From NCBI RefSeq assembly GCF_036365525.1, contig NC_090385.1, positions 62,380,170 to 62,444,169 of the forward strand: DNA of 64,000 bases, given 5' to 3'. Origin of the DNA: Heterodontus francisci. Its lineage: Eukaryota. This document shows positions 61,569-64,000 of this stretch, in pieces. The notes beneath the pieces were generated by a model. The model was given only the letters and a program-made list of their open reading frames with translations, did not search any database and was not told where the DNA came from. The position numbers and the translations under genes are program-made. Numbering within the stretch: position 1 is the first letter of the stretch; each line of letters opens with the position of its first letter.

Positions 61569-64000
61569 TACACTGACACTATTACAGTACACCAGGCACT
61601 ATGACGTATACTGACACTATTACAGTACACCAGGCACTATAATGTACATTGACATTATTACAGTACACCAGGCATGATGACGTACACTGACACTATTACA
61701 GTACACCAACACTATTACAGTACACCAGGCACTATGACGTATACTGTCACTATTACGTGCACTGACACTATTACAGTACACCAGGCACTATAATGTACAC
61801 TGACACTATTACAGTACACCAGGCACTATAATGTACATTGACATTATTACAGTACACCAGGCATGATGACGTACACTGACACTATTACAGTACACCAGGC
61901 ACTATGACGTATACTGTCACTATTACGTGCACTGACACTATTACAGTACACCAGGCACTATAATGTACACTGACATTATTACAGTACACCAGGCACTATG
62001 ACGTACACTGACACTATTACAATACACCAGGCACTATAATGTACACTGACACTATTACAGTACACCAGGCACTATGACGTACAGTCACTATTACAGTACA
62101 CCAGGCACGATGACGTACACTGACACGATTACAGAAGTCACTATTACAGAACACCAGGCACTATAATGTACACTGACACTATTACAGTACATCAGGCACT
62201 ATAATGTACATTGACATTATTACAGTACACCAGGCATGATGACGTACACTGACACTATTACAGTACACCAACACTATTACAGTACATCAGGCACTATGAC
62301 GTACACTGACACTATTACAGTATACCAGGCACTATGATGTATACTGTCACTATTACGTGCACTGACACTATTACAGTATACCAGGCACTATGATGTATAC
62401 TGACACTATTACGTGCACTGACACTATTACAGTACACCAGGCACTATAATGTACAGACATTATTACAGTACACCAGGCACTATGACGTACAGTCACTATT
62501 ACAGTACACCAGGCACTATTACAGAACACTGACACTATTACAGTACACCAGGCACTATAATGTACATTGACATTATTACAGTACACCAGGCACTATGACG
62601 TACAGTCATTACAGTACACCAGGCACTATTACAGAACACCAGGCACTATAATGTTCACTGGCACTATTACAGTACACCAGGCACTATGACGTACACTGAC
62701 ACTATTACAGTACACCAGGCACTATGACGTATGCTATCACTATTACAGTAGTCACTATTACAGTACACAGTCACTACTACAGTACACCAGGCACTCTAAT
62801 GTACATTGACATTATTACAGTACACCAGGAACTATGATATACAGTCACTATTACAGTACACCAGGCACAATGACATACAGTCACTATTACAGTACACCAG
62901 GCACTATGACGTATACTGTCACTATTACGTGCACTGACACTATTACAGTACACCAGGCACTATAATGTACAGACATTACAGTACACCAGGCACTATGACG
63001 TACAGTCACTATTACAGTACACCAGGCACTATTACAGAACACTGACACTATTACAGTACACCAGGCACTATAATGAACATTGACATTATTACAGTACACC
63101 AGGCACTATGACGTACAGTCATTACAGTACACCAGGCACTATTACAGAACACCAGGCACTATAATGTTCACTGGCACTATTACAGTACACCAGGCACTAT
63201 GACGTACACTGACACTATTACAGTACACCAGGCACTATGACGTATACTGTCACTATTACAGTAGTCACTATTACAGTACACAGTCACTACTACAGTACAC
63301 CAGGCACTCTAATGTACATTGACATTATTACAGTACACCAGGAACTATGATATACAGTCACTATTACAGTACACAAGGCACAATGACATACAGTCACTAT
63401 TACAGTACACCAGGCACTATAATGTACACTGGCACTATTACAGTACACTGGCACTATTACAGTACACCAGGCACTATAATGTACACTGGCACTATTACAG
63501 TACACCAGACACTATAATGTACACTGACACTATTACAGTACACCAGGCACTATGATTTACAGACACTATTACAGTACACCAGGCACTATGATGTATACTA
63601 TCACTATTACAGTGCACCAGGCACTGACGTACACTGTCACTATTACAGTAGTCACTATTACAGTATACTGTCACTACTACAGTACACCAGGCACTATAAT
63701 GGACATTGACATTATTACAGTACACCAAGAACTATGATATAGTCACTATTACAGTACACCAGGCACAATGACATACAGTCACTATTACAGTATACCAGGC
63801 ACTATAATGTACACTGGCACTATTACAGTACACCAGGCACTATAATGTACACTGACATTATTACAGTACACCAGGCACTATGATTTTCAGACACTATTAC
63901 AGTACATCAGGCATTATAATGTACATTGCCACTATTATATTACCACAAGTACTATAATGTACATTGACACTATTACAGTACACCAGGCACTATAATGTAT
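61569..64000. repeat. Minisatellite, ~36-38 bp unit CACTATTACAGTACACCAGGCACTATAATGTACACTGA, runs off the window
   Basis: Dozens of variant units visible directly; the repetitive ORFs in this region are artefacts. Confidence 0.95.

Noticed and set aside
61569-64000. CRISPR-like array, or Cys/His-rich repetitive protein ORFs
   Set aside because: The units are contiguous variants without unique spacers, there are no cas genes, and the context is eukaryotic; the ORFs are by-products of the repeat.

Overview
Vertebrate genomic DNA, most likely a cartilaginous fish (shark), judged from HE1/V-SINE-like and DeuSINE-like SINEs, abundant CR1 LINEs and Penelope fragments. It is not prokaryotic and contains no CRISPR array. 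I read four host genes by hand from splice sites. (1) A complete 8-coding-exon BRCC3 (minus strand, 36225->16734, 261 aa, intact JAMM motif) whose intron 2 is a minor-spliceosome AT-AC intron. (2) CMC4 (plus strand, 42115-44568, 68 aa), head-to-head with BRCC3 across a CpG-rich promoter. (3) FUNDC2 exons 2-5 (minus strand, 59318->53331), with exon 1 presumably beyond the window. (4) Downstream of BRCC3, the first coding exon of a flavin monoamine-oxidase-like gene (minus strand, 8418->8361, MVKMSSGKQDVIIIGGGLSG) that the ORF track misses. An MAO-like gene beside FUNDC2-CMC4-BRCC3 mirrors the human FUNDC1...MAOB/MAOA block, suggesting a retained whole-genome-duplication paralog. The rest is transposon-rich: CR1 and L2 LINEs, a deleted Gmr1-type Gypsy element, three solo LTRs, MITEs, SINEs, Penelope tails carrying minimal hammerhead-ribozyme motifs, and a minisatellite with higher-order structure at the right end. 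Coordinates were counted by eye; repeat edges are approximate.
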